Positions 9,985 through 18,393 of a stretch of 64,000 bases of DNA are shown piece by piece. Position numbers and translations under genes: made by a program. The notes under the pieces were generated by a model. It saw only the letters and a program-made list of their open reading frames with translations, ran no database searches and was not told the origin of the DNA. The DNA lies in the IMG/VR virus record IMGVR_UViG_3300017917_002466, positions 1 through 64,000 of that record; one strand, written 5' to 3'. Numbering within the stretch: the stretch's first letter is position 1; every line of letters begins with the position of its first letter.

Positions 9985-10947
9985 TTATGTTAAGTTTCCT
10001 GCACCGACTAATTCAAGGTATCTTGTATTACTAATAGTTCCTAATCCAATATCTTGAATACTTCCAAGAATTTTTCTTGTTGATAAAGAGATATTAAACT
10101 TAACATATAATGGACCTGCTTGAGTCATTTCTTTTGAAAAAGTATATTCAAGATTTTCTATTACCATATCATCGTGCTTAAAGAAACGACCAATCTCAAC
10201 TTTAACAGGAACTGGAGAAGACCTCAATGTTATAATATCATCAGCATCACCAATAATATTATCTTTACTATATTCAGTATTTGTTTTATCTACTAGTTCG
10301 TCTATACCTTTTGAAGCAGCATCTTTTCCTTTTATTACAGCACCTTCAAAATAATTTGCTGTTCCCTGTAAAAAGTTAGTAATCATTTCACCAGTCGCTC
10401 CAGAATCTTTCATTTTTTGAACTTGTGAGTCAATAAAATCTTTGGCCGCTTTAGTAATATCTTGTGTTACATTTCCACTTGGAAGACAATACCAAGCTAG
10501 AAGTAATGCCGAAAAAATAGGTTGTCCCATTCCGTCCCAATCTACTACCATCATAGGAATTTTAAGATTCATATAATTACTCTTTTGATAAATCTTTTTT
10601 GAAGCATAAACATTAGCTTGAGCCGTTGCTCCTAAAAGATTTGCTACACCACCAACTCTTTGATATGCGTCAATAATACCACCACCAGCACCACCTGGAA
10701 GAACTGACTGAGCTACTCCACCTAATTCTGCCCAAGTAGAATCAATTGTAAAAGATAAATCTCCTTCAGCAGTATTATATACTCCTTTAATCGGTGGGTC
10801 TTTAGAATCATTACCAACACGAGCATATTTTGGAGTTATTTTTACAACAGCATATCCATTCTTATCGTCTTTACCAATAGCTGCCGCATATGACTCTTTA
10901 TTAAATAAAGACTTATTAAAAGAACCTCCAATTGAAAAATCCGCCAT
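9985..10947 (-). CDS. Baseplate/tail-tube cap or initiator (gp48/gp54-like)
   Basis: Tube-fold-like C-terminus (VEIGRFF..DMVIENLEYTFS...PLYVKFNISL) and synteny. Confidence 0.5.
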   Translation of the reverse strand: MADFSIGGSFNKSLFNKESYAAAIGKDDKNGYAVVKITPKYARVGNDSKDPPIKGVYNTAEGDLSFTIDSTWAELGGVAQSVLPGGAGGGIIDAYQRVGGVANLLGATAQANVYASKKIYQKSNYMNLKIPMMVVDWDGMGQPIFSALLLAWYCLPSGNVTQDITKAAKDFIDSQVQKMKDSGATGEMITNFLQGTANYFEGAVIKGKDAASKGIDELVDKTNTEYSKDNIIGDADDIITLRSSPVPVKVEIGRFFKHDDMVIENLEYTFSKEMTQAGPLYVKFNISLSTRKILGSIQDIGLGTISNTRYLELVGAGNLT

Positions 10948-10951
10948 ATAA

Positions 10952-11041
10952 TTACTCCCAATTTAGTTTATCTCTTTTTGCTAAGTTATCTTTAGAAGTT
11001 AATATTTGAAGATTATTATATTGTTTACAAATTTTTTTCAT
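10952..11041 (-). pseudogene. Internally deleted HNH endonuclease remnant (29 aa)
   Basis: MKKICKQYNNLQILTSKDNLAKRDKLNWE: start resembles MKTKVC and end resembles HYTNLQLLTKEDNLIKHDKL of the 35027..35755 HNH. Confidence 0.7.
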
Positions 11042-11043
11042 TA

Positions 11044-13155
11044 TCAGCCCCGCATATTTGTATCTATGCTAACTCTTCCAGCTTTCTGAGTTGGCCAAGA
11101 ACCCTTGAAAGATGTTCCCATTGCTTGTGCCAATGCTTGAATAGTCGATTCAGATAAGTCTAACTTTGTATTAGAAGCTGGTGTTGAAGTTGCCGCTATT
11201 GCAGAAGATGGAAGATTGCCTGCTGATGCTTGTGCCATATTTCCGCTACTTGGACTTTCTGATGGCGCTTCTGGAGTTGATGTAGTTGTTGGAATAGCAA
11301 TTTCAGTTCCTTGTCCTGCAGCCTGCAAGAATGCTTGAGCATTAGCTTCGGCTCTTGGAGTTACTTGTTCATAATACAAAGAATTTCTAATTCCAGCAGC
11401 AGCCGCTGCATAGTCTCCCTTTCCAATTGCCTTAACAGTATTTTTAAATTTACTTATCCAACCTGGACCCATATTATAGGTCATATCAATCATAGCTGCT
11501 TGAACTGGGAATGGAGCCTTACCAAAATTAGGAATCTTACTTGCATTAGCTTGAGCTTTTGCAAAATCAGTTTCAAAAAATTGATCTGCTTGTTCTTTAG
11601 TAATCTTAGTTCCTAATCCACTTTTACCCGCACCAAGAAAATGACCATATCCTATTGACGTTCCAAAGGAGTCTGGATAAGCATCTAATTTTAATCCTTC
11701 TCTTTGTTTTATAGCCTCTTTTAAACTATTTAAATCAGTTATTTTAATATTCGAAGCCATACCAGATGGTGTTTGACCTCTCGATACAGTTCCTCCACTA
11801 GTCATTGAACCACCATAACCAGATTGAGAGCTTGCTAAAAATTCTTCTGACTTTGCTTTATATGATCTTGATACTTTTAACAAGGATTCTTTAGCTCTAT
11901 CAAACCAACCTTTCTTTTTTTCTTTTGGTATATCCGCACCTGCTACTACATCAACTGGTTTTTCTGGTTCTACTGTTGGTGGTTTATTATCTCCTTTTAT
12001 AAAATTTTCTGCAAAACTAAGAACTGGACTTAATAATAAATTTGCACCCGGTACTAAACTTCCCATTGCCAATGCAACTTCTTTCATTGCACCAATTTTA
12101 TCGGTCTTCCACAAACCAAAAGCTTCCTTGAAATGAATAAAAGTTCCAATAACTGGTAATGATTTAAGAACTTCTATTCCTACCTTCTTAAATCCACCTG
12201 CAATATCTGATCCTTTACCTTTACTTTCCCGAATAGGATTTTTAAAGTCTCTGAATAGAAGAAAAGCGTCAATAGCTATTCCAATTGCAGTTCCAACTCC
12301 TGGTATTACTGAAGAAATACCTGATGCAATTTCTAACATTCCACCAAGTATATCCCCCTTCTTAAATCTTTGTATTCCAAAGAAAAGTCCAATCAATCCA
12401 CCAACTACTGGAATCTTTTTAAGAACTGACATTCCTATTCCTTTTGCACCAGCTTTTGCTCCCTCTTTTGCCAATGCTCCACCGAAAAGTTTTCCAAGTG
12501 GTTCAAAAATATGACTAATTCCTTTAAATAATCCCATCACTGGCTTTACAATCTTTTCACCAACTCCCATAATTTGCTTCATTCCGGGAATCTTCATTAT
12601 CCATCCACCTATACCAGTGAATACTTTACCAATTCCTTCAAAAAGCTTCGGAGCCATCTTCTTAATTACATCATCTACAAATCCAAGTAAAAATTTCAAT
12701 GGAGAATATTTAGTAAGAGCCTTGACAACAGAAAAAAGCATTTCTTCTTTGCCAGTCAAAAGATAACCAAGAAGACCACCCAATCCCATCAAAGTACCAA
12801 CCCATCCAAGCAATCCCCTAGACTTCTTTTCTTTTTCCTTTTGAAGATTGATTGATTCTCTCATTAACTCTTCAAGATCATCAACAGCGAGATAAAGCTT
12901 CTTCATTGGATCATCACGACGAACAAAGTCCTTCTTCTTTTCAGTTGGTTTAGTAATCATCTTATTCAAATTTTGATTAAGAATAGCTAATTGTTTAGCT
13001 ACAACACCAAAAATACCAACATTCTTAGTAAGAGCATTAGTAAGTGGAACACCTTCTTTGTTTGCCATTGCTTGATTTTTAATAAAGCTTTGGGTTACAA
13101 AATTAGTTCCTTTACTTACTTCTGGATTATCTCTGTCTGCCACTTCTTCCTCCAA
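11044..13155 (-). CDS. Tape measure/hub protein with C-terminal phage lysozyme (GH24) domain
   Basis: Amphipathic Gly-rich helical repeats; IKQREGLKLDAYPDSFGTSIGYGH and AMIDMTYNMG lysozyme motifs. Confidence 0.8.
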   Translation of the reverse strand: MEEEVADRDNPEVSKGTNFVTQSFIKNQAMANKEGVPLTNALTKNVGIFGVVAKQLAILNQNLNKMITKPTEKKKDFVRRDDPMKKLYLAVDDLEELMRESINLQKEKEKKSRGLLGWVGTLMGLGGLLGYLLTGKEEMLFSVVKALTKYSPLKFLLGFVDDVIKKMAPKLFEGIGKVFTGIGGWIMKIPGMKQIMGVGEKIVKPVMGLFKGISHIFEPLGKLFGGALAKEGAKAGAKGIGMSVLKKIPVVGGLIGLFFGIQRFKKGDILGGMLEIASGISSVIPGVGTAIGIAIDAFLLFRDFKNPIRESKGKGSDIAGGFKKVGIEVLKSLPVIGTFIHFKEAFGLWKTDKIGAMKEVALAMGSLVPGANLLLSPVLSFAENFIKGDNKPPTVEPEKPVDVVAGADIPKEKKKGWFDRAKESLLKVSRSYKAKSEEFLASSQSGYGGSMTSGGTVSRGQTPSGMASNIKITDLNSLKEAIKQREGLKLDAYPDSFGTSIGYGHFLGAGKSGLGTKITKEQADQFFETDFAKAQANASKIPNFGKAPFPVQAAMIDMTYNMGPGWISKFKNTVKAIGKGDYAAAAAGIRNSLYYEQVTPRAEANAQAFLQAAGQGTEIAIPTTTSTPEAPSESPSSGNMAQASAGNLPSSAIAATSTPASNTKLDLSESTIQALAQAMGTSFKGSWPTQKAGRVSIDTNMRG

Positions 13156-13333
13156 GTAAATCAGCTATAGACATATTACCTTGACTCTTCTTAGCTTCTT
13201 CATTTTCCTTATATCTCTGTTCTGCCATTCGTTCATACTTCCAAATTAATTCAAAAAATTCCCAATCATTAAACATTGGTATAATACCCATCGCATAACC
13301 GAGACTAAATTCAACTTCTAATATTTCATTCAA
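13127..13333 (-). CDS. Small tail/baseplate assembly chaperone (TTG start only; possible frameshift extension of upstream gene)
   Basis: ORF overlaps end of the 312-aa chaperone and start of the tape measure gene. Confidence 0.55.
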   Translation of the reverse strand: MNEILEVEFSLGYAMGIIPMFNDWEFFELIWKYERMAEQRYKENEEAKKSQGNMSIADLLGGRSGRQR

Positions 13334-14264
13334 ACTTATATTCGGGAATAAAGAAACTTTCTTGAAAGGCTACCGGCACAAGGCCAGTACCTCCACAATC
13401 CTTGCACTCTACAGTGACAAGAGGCTTAATTCCCATTCCTTTCTTCTCAACATAAGTTTTTAGATAAGAAAAATCTCCCGGATTAAGGTCTATAATCCAA
13501 TGATACTTTTCTAACAAAGTTTTATTTTGTCCATTAATAGTTTTAATCATTTGAGCAATTGCTAGAAGTTCTTGGTCAATTTCTCCAACAGCTTCACGAT
13601 TAATCTCTCTGAATCTATTAATATACAACTCATCTTTGATTCTTAGATAGTCATACCTAATAACATCATTTCCAACCTTAATTTCAGCATCAGGACTAAA
13701 ATCATCCGAAAGAAGCTGAACTTCAAGATTGTTAATATCAAAATGGTATTCTGACTTCTTATTACATTTTGGACAAATGTAAGGAACGATGTATCCACTT
13801 TCTCTATATGTGTTGGCTCTCAACCAAAAGATGATAAACAACTTATCAGCAACATATAGATTATTAACATCAATTCCATTAACGGTCTTTCTAATAATAT
13901 CGTTAAGAATGAAATCTCCATTATCCTCTGTGATAGAAGAAATCTTCTTGACTTCTAATACTTTCATTGGTCTACCAAGAATTTCAGTTCCTTCTGGATA
14001 GAACTTTCCCTTGGAAGGAAGACCTTCTATCTTCCAAAAATTAACATTACTTAGTTGATTTTGAAACTCTAGGGCTTGCATCCTTGATTCCTCTGGTTCA
14101 ACTATCTTTGGTTGTTTAGGAGCAGCCGTTGTTTCTCCTTTCCTAATTTTTTCAACCATAGCAACCATCTGTTCATCTGAAATTTCATTACTAGCTTGAG
14201 ACGGTCTTTTAGCCATTCTTTCAAGTTGCTTCAATTCTTCCTCACTAACATCTTTCATTTGCAT
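13326..14264 (-). CDS. Baseplate hub assembly chaperone (gp26/gp51-like), two CxxC motifs
   Basis: LPSKGKFYP, RPMKVLEVK, DKLFIIFWLRANT, CPKC, CKDC. Confidence 0.75.
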   Translation of the reverse strand: MQMKDVSEEELKQLERMAKRPSQASNEISDEQMVAMVEKIRKGETTAAPKQPKIVEPEESRMQALEFQNQLSNVNFWKIEGLPSKGKFYPEGTEILGRPMKVLEVKKISSITEDNGDFILNDIIRKTVNGIDVNNLYVADKLFIIFWLRANTYRESGYIVPYICPKCNKKSEYHFDINNLEVQLLSDDFSPDAEIKVGNDVIRYDYLRIKDELYINRFREINREAVGEIDQELLAIAQMIKTINGQNKTLLEKYHWIIDLNPGDFSYLKTYVEKKGMGIKPLVTVECKDCGGTGLVPVAFQESFFIPEYKFE

Positions 14265-14281
14265 ATAAACCTCCTAGTTTA

Positions 14282-14938
14282 TTATGAACGATTTCCAAAT
14301 AATCCTGTCATTGCTCCAATTCCTGCGGCAACTGCATTTTGCTTTGTAAAGATTGTAGACATTCTATCACATCCGAAAGTAAGACTTCTCTTAATACTTT
14401 CATTACTTGTATATGAATAACTTGCTTCAGAAGCTTGCAAAAAGTAAATATCGTGAAACGTATAGTAAACAACTGGAATGCCCATCTTATCTTGAACTTC
14501 TACTACAAAGGCTTTAATTTTCGCCTTATTAGGTGCATTGTAATATCCACTACTATCTATAATATTTCTTTGATTCCAATTTATAAAGTATTCAACATTA
14601 CCCTTTTCATCTTCTTCTAAGGTAACATTAAAATTGAATCCTTCAAATTTTAATACTGGAAAACTTCTTGGAACCTGACCATACATCATTACGACTTTTT
14701 CAAACTCGTATGTCGGAATTGTAACGTCAAGAATATGGAATGGTTGTATGACAGGAGGCATTTCAATCTGTCTTCCAACAGTTACTCCCTGAAAAGGATT
14801 ATAGATAAACAATCCAAAGAACTGCCAGTTTCTTTGAATGGATTTGCCATAAGCACTTTCGGGCTGCCTAAAGTATCTTTGAAGCTCTAATCCGTTTACG
14901 CCTATTGGCATTTTATCGGCTCCCTTGTTACTTTCCAT
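14282..14938 (-). CDS. Tail tube-like protein (gp54/gp19 paralogue)
   Basis: Tube-fold pattern (DVTIPTYEF...YYTFHDIYFL...YSYTSNE..SLTFGCD); downstream of gp19. Confidence 0.6.
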   Translation of the reverse strand: MESNKGADKMPIGVNGLELQRYFRQPESAYGKSIQRNWQFFGLFIYNPFQGVTVGRQIEMPPVIQPFHILDVTIPTYEFEKVVMMYGQVPRSFPVLKFEGFNFNVTLEEDEKGNVEYFINWNQRNIIDSSGYYNAPNKAKIKAFVVEVQDKMGIPVVYYTFHDIYFLQASEASYSYTSNESIKRSLTFGCDRMSTIFTKQNAVAAGIGAMTGLFGNRS

Positions 14939-15576
14939 CCTTTATATACTTTGCCACTTCTAATATGTCTCAACAAAGTCGTTTCATTGAAATTCTTGAA
15001 GTGTTTGCAGATTTCATCAGCACTTATAAATCTAAGATATTGATTAAATCCTTCTAATATGTATTTATACTTTGCCTTAGATAGCTTTATCTTTTGGATA
15101 CTTTCTTTAGAATGTTTGATTCCCATTCTTGGACTATCTTTTCCTTTTTTACCAAACATTGAATTTTTACTTCCTAATTGTGCATTTGAAATTTTTAGCT
15201 TAGTTTCTTCTGAATGAGGCCCGTTTGATTTTCCTAAATGAGATTTACTCATCTTCTTTTTATCTTCTTTAGTAAAACGGTAACCTCTTATAGAATGACC
15301 ACCTTTAGTATCATTATAGCCATTATTATAGGTATCATAAAAGCTTATCCAATGTACTTCTCTTTCATCAAGAGTTTGAAGATTATTAATACCATCTTCA
15401 ACAATATTCCAAACGAATTTATCAAATCCGTATTGAACAATAGCTTTATGAAAACGGGTTTTTTGATATTTAAAAGCTTCGTTACGGTGTTTGTTTTTAC
15501 GATATTCTAAAGAATTAACTGTCTGACCAATATAAGATTTATCATTGATAATATTTGTGGCTTTATAAATAAGCAT
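14902..15576 (-). CDS. GIY-YIG homing endonuclease (Seg-like) with NUMOD3-type repeats
   Basis: MLIYKATNIINDKSYIGQT, EREVHWI, GYNDTKGG, HSEETKLKIS; start set to ATG 15576 after AGGAGG. Confidence 0.9.
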   Translation of the reverse strand: MLIYKATNIINDKSYIGQTVNSLEYRKNKHRNEAFKYQKTRFHKAIVQYGFDKFVWNIVEDGINNLQTLDEREVHWISFYDTYNNGYNDTKGGHSIRGYRFTKEDKKKMSKSHLGKSNGPHSEETKLKISNAQLGSKNSMFGKKGKDSPRMGIKHSKESIQKIKLSKAKYKYILEGFNQYLRFISADEICKHFKNFNETTLLRHIRSGKVYKGWKVTREPIKCQ

Positions 15577-15580
15577 TAAC

Positions 15581-15664
15581 AACCTCCTGATAGGTTAAAA
15601 AATAAAGTGGTAATCCTTACTTATCAGGTTTCAGGAAAAGGGTGGCCACCCTCTGTCCCACTTT
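15581..15664 (-). ncRNA. Structured leader, HEG-associated motif copy 1 (three-way junction plus RBS hairpin)
   Basis: AAAGTGG-GACAG-AGGGT ggcc ACCCT-TT-TCCT gaaaCCTGATAagta AGGA-TTA-CCACTTT, then AACCT atcagg AGGTT. Confidence 0.7.
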
Positions 15665-15672
15665 TAGTTTTA

Positions 15673-16221
15673 TTATACTAACTCCCAAAAATCAAATTGC
15701 CAGGTTACGTCATACTTAACGGATTCGTTACCACCATAAGCCATAGTAACGTCACCTATGTTCTGGATAAAACAATTGTAGAAGCGAATCTTTTTCTCAA
15801 GTGGTGCACCATTATAAGCATACATAAGTAAGTAAACATCTTTTGCCACATCTCTCTTTTTTGGTCTAAGAGACTGACCACCAGTTGGGTCATTTGGGCT
15901 AATATTATAAATCAAATTCTGCCAGAATGTCAATGCTTTGTGAACAATCTGGTTTTCAGTTTCTTCAATATTAACCGCAAATGTGGAACCAAAAGTTGGT
16001 TTACCAGGAAAGTATTGCTTCATACCAATAAACTCACTAGTAATAGGTTCATTACCGCGAGAAGGTATGACTACTGACCTTGCACGAATAACCAAGTCTT
16101 CTACATCACCCATTATTCCACCCGTTACATCTGCAATGGACGGAATCAAAAGCTCCCACATCCAGTTACGCTGAATGTCAGGTAGTTGTTTTGCTCTGCC
16201 TTCTATTGTAAAATTTGGCAT
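15673..16221 (-). CDS. gp19: Tail tube protein
   Basis: Follows sheath; QRNWMWEL, YFPGKPTFGSTFAVNIEETE, YDVTWQFDFW. Confidence 0.9.
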   Translation of the reverse strand: MPNFTIEGRAKQLPDIQRNWMWELLIPSIADVTGGIMGDVEDLVIRARSVVIPSRGNEPITSEFIGMKQYFPGKPTFGSTFAVNIEETENQIVHKALTFWQNLIYNISPNDPTGGQSLRPKKRDVAKDVYLLMYAYNGAPLEKKIRFYNCFIQNIGDVTMAYGGNESVKYDVTWQFDFWELV

Positions 16222-16238
16222 CTTACTCCTCCCTTATA

Positions 16239-18164
16239 TTATGCTGTAGCTATTCTTACTTCTTCAAAACTGATACCAGTACGGGTGATAACAGTTGTCA
16301 ACTGAATAAATTCAATTGTTCTTGCTGGCTGTACATAGATGTCAACATTCATTCTGTTTGAATCTATTACAGCAGGTGTGTTATTTGTTTCGTCAACAAC
16401 AACCTTGTATGCTGTCAATCCACCACCGGCCTGAACACCTGCCAAGAACTCGTCGACCAAGCTAAAGACTCTTAGTCTTGTCTTTGCAGTATTGTTCTCA
16501 AAGACGAATGGAAGTAATGATCTCTCAACATTATTCTCAATGAAAAGAAGATTTCTTCTAACATTGATTCTGTCAAGAGCAGATGCCTTCATTTGTGCAG
16601 TCTTCTGACCCCACATAACATATCCTGTTCCACGAATAAACTTAGGAACATTAATGTTTCTGTCATAAAGCTTTCCAATTTCATCATCTACAAAAACCTT
16701 TCTCTGGTCAAGAACTGAAAGGACTGCTCTATTAATACCTGCTGGAGCATCCCAAGGATTTGCGATATTGTCTACTCTTGCATAAAGAGCGGCTCCAAAA
16801 ATTGAATTTGGAAGGTAGACAAACTTATCATTATACTGGTCATAAGTCTTAGAGAAACCACCATAGATAGCAACATAAGATGGAGTTCTATATCCATACG
16901 CTTCTTTTGAAAGAACTTCTTCTGTTGAATCATCATCAAGAGTAGCTGCTTGAACTGTTGCAATAGCATCAGCTCTAGTAGCTGCAATTCTTCCCATTTC
17001 TTGTTTAATAGCAGTATTATTAGAAGTTCCAATAAGAATCTGAACGGATACATTTTCTCTATCTTCAAAGATTTTCCAAGCGGCAACATCATCATCACCA
17101 TTAGGATCAACTTTGGCTGGACTTGCCCCACCATCAAGAGGAATCAATCTATTATCTGTTGCTCCGCTTGTACCAGTTGTTTTATACTTAATGTATTCTT
17201 CTCCAGAAAGAGTTGCATACGGAAGAACCCCAGCATCAGCATCAGCTAATACTGGCCAGTTTAATGTTAGTGAGCTTCCTTTCTTTACATAGATATAAGT
17301 AGAATTTCCGTTTATAACATTCTCAATGAAAAGGTTATTTCCATTTCCATCCTTTAAATTCTCGTCTAAGGCTCCATAGAAAGTTTCAACAGGACTAATA
17401 TAAAGTCTTCCATTGGTTCTATCGTCTTGATTCCTGAAAAGATCATCCCACTCTTGAGTAGTTGTCTTAGTATAAACATTAATTTTAGCAACTTTACTTC
17501 CAATTGGATACCATGTCTGAATCTCACTAGTAGTCAAACCAGAAGTTGCACTTGCTGCTCTTGCACTAGTTGGGAATTCATCATAAGCAAATCTCCAATC
17601 AGCCGAAAGGCTGAATGGTTCAACAGTAACAGCAATACTATTACCATCTGTTCCAGGACCTAAAGCACCGACTAAAAAGTTAGATGCACCACCGGCAGCG
17701 GCATAACCGTCAAGAACACTAATATAAGTTTTAGTATCAAGTCTATCACCTTTTACCCAAGGAGTTCCAGTGATACCATCAGAAGATGTTGTAAACTGTA
17801 CGTCGCTTCCTTGTACGTTTATTTCATTATTAGCATACTTATCTGCTGTAGTTGTATATGATCTTACTACATAAAGTACTGAAGACTCTTTAAGGAATTC
17901 AAGTGAAGCATATGCTCCGTATCCATATTCTGGAACAAGATTCTGTGAGTTATTAGGAGCAGCGGAATTGTAACCAGATGTGAAAATTGGTTGTCCAAAA
18001 GTATCAATATACTCTTTATCGTTAGAAACAAGAACTGGTCTATTAACTGGACCTTTCTTTGCTCTAACTACAATTCCACCATTTGATATTCCAGTTGGAA
18101 CTAGAATTTCGGAAAGGTCGATTTCCCTTCTATATACACCGGGAGTTGAAAATACTCGTGCCAT
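16239..18164 (-). CDS. gp18: Tail sheath protein
   Basis: STPGVYRREIDLS, WDAPAGINR, GYVMWGQKT, LDRINVRRNLL, VYVQP.RTIEFI. Confidence 0.97.
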   Translation of the reverse strand: MARVFSTPGVYRREIDLSEILVPTGISNGGIVVRAKKGPVNRPVLVSNDKEYIDTFGQPIFTSGYNSAAPNNSQNLVPEYGYGAYASLEFLKESSVLYVVRSYTTTADKYANNEINVQGSDVQFTTSSDGITGTPWVKGDRLDTKTYISVLDGYAAAGGASNFLVGALGPGTDGNSIAVTVEPFSLSADWRFAYDEFPTSARAASATSGLTTSEIQTWYPIGSKVAKINVYTKTTTQEWDDLFRNQDDRTNGRLYISPVETFYGALDENLKDGNGNNLFIENVINGNSTYIYVKKGSSLTLNWPVLADADAGVLPYATLSGEEYIKYKTTGTSGATDNRLIPLDGGASPAKVDPNGDDDVAAWKIFEDRENVSVQILIGTSNNTAIKQEMGRIAATRADAIATVQAATLDDDSTEEVLSKEAYGYRTPSYVAIYGGFSKTYDQYNDKFVYLPNSIFGAALYARVDNIANPWDAPAGINRAVLSVLDQRKVFVDDEIGKLYDRNINVPKFIRGTGYVMWGQKTAQMKASALDRINVRRNLLFIENNVERSLLPFVFENNTAKTRLRVFSLVDEFLAGVQAGGGLTAYKVVVDETNNTPAVIDSNRMNVDIYVQPARTIEFIQLTTVITRTGISFEEVRIATA

Positions 18165-18179
18165 TATTTGCCTCCAAAT

Positions 18180-18332
18180 TTATTGGTTGTTCTTAGACTT
18201 TTTTAATCCTTCTTTCTTCGGCTGTATTTCAACGACTTCCGGTCTATTCAATTCTTCAGCCTTTACTACTTTTATCTCAACAGTAGTATTTATAGCTTTA
18301 CTCACTTTACCTGCATTTGGGTTTCTTCCCAT
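18180..18332 (-). CDS. Small hypothetical protein (50 aa)
   Basis: Manual: MGRNPNAGKVSKAINTT...; RBS GAGG; late promoters upstream. Confidence 0.4.
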   Translation of the reverse strand: MGRNPNAGKVSKAINTTVEIKVVKAEELNRPEVVEIQPKKEGLKKSKNNQ

Positions 18333-18361
18333 AATTATTCCTCTGCTTAAAATTCACAAAG

Positions 18362-18389
18362 TATTTATATTTCTTCACTTGTATTTATA
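18362..18389 (-). promoter_or_regulatory. Tandem late promoters TATAAATA (18382-18389, 18362-18369; another at 18287-18294) upstream of sheath
   Basis: Exact consensus copies. Confidence 0.75.
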
Positions 18390-18393
18390 CTTT

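Noticed and set aside
15581-15664. Motif as a hammerhead ribozyme, cobalamin riboswitch or simple terminator
   Set aside because: Lacks the CUGAUGA/GAAA core and the B12 box; junction strands and loop-RBS complementarity are not explained by a terminator.
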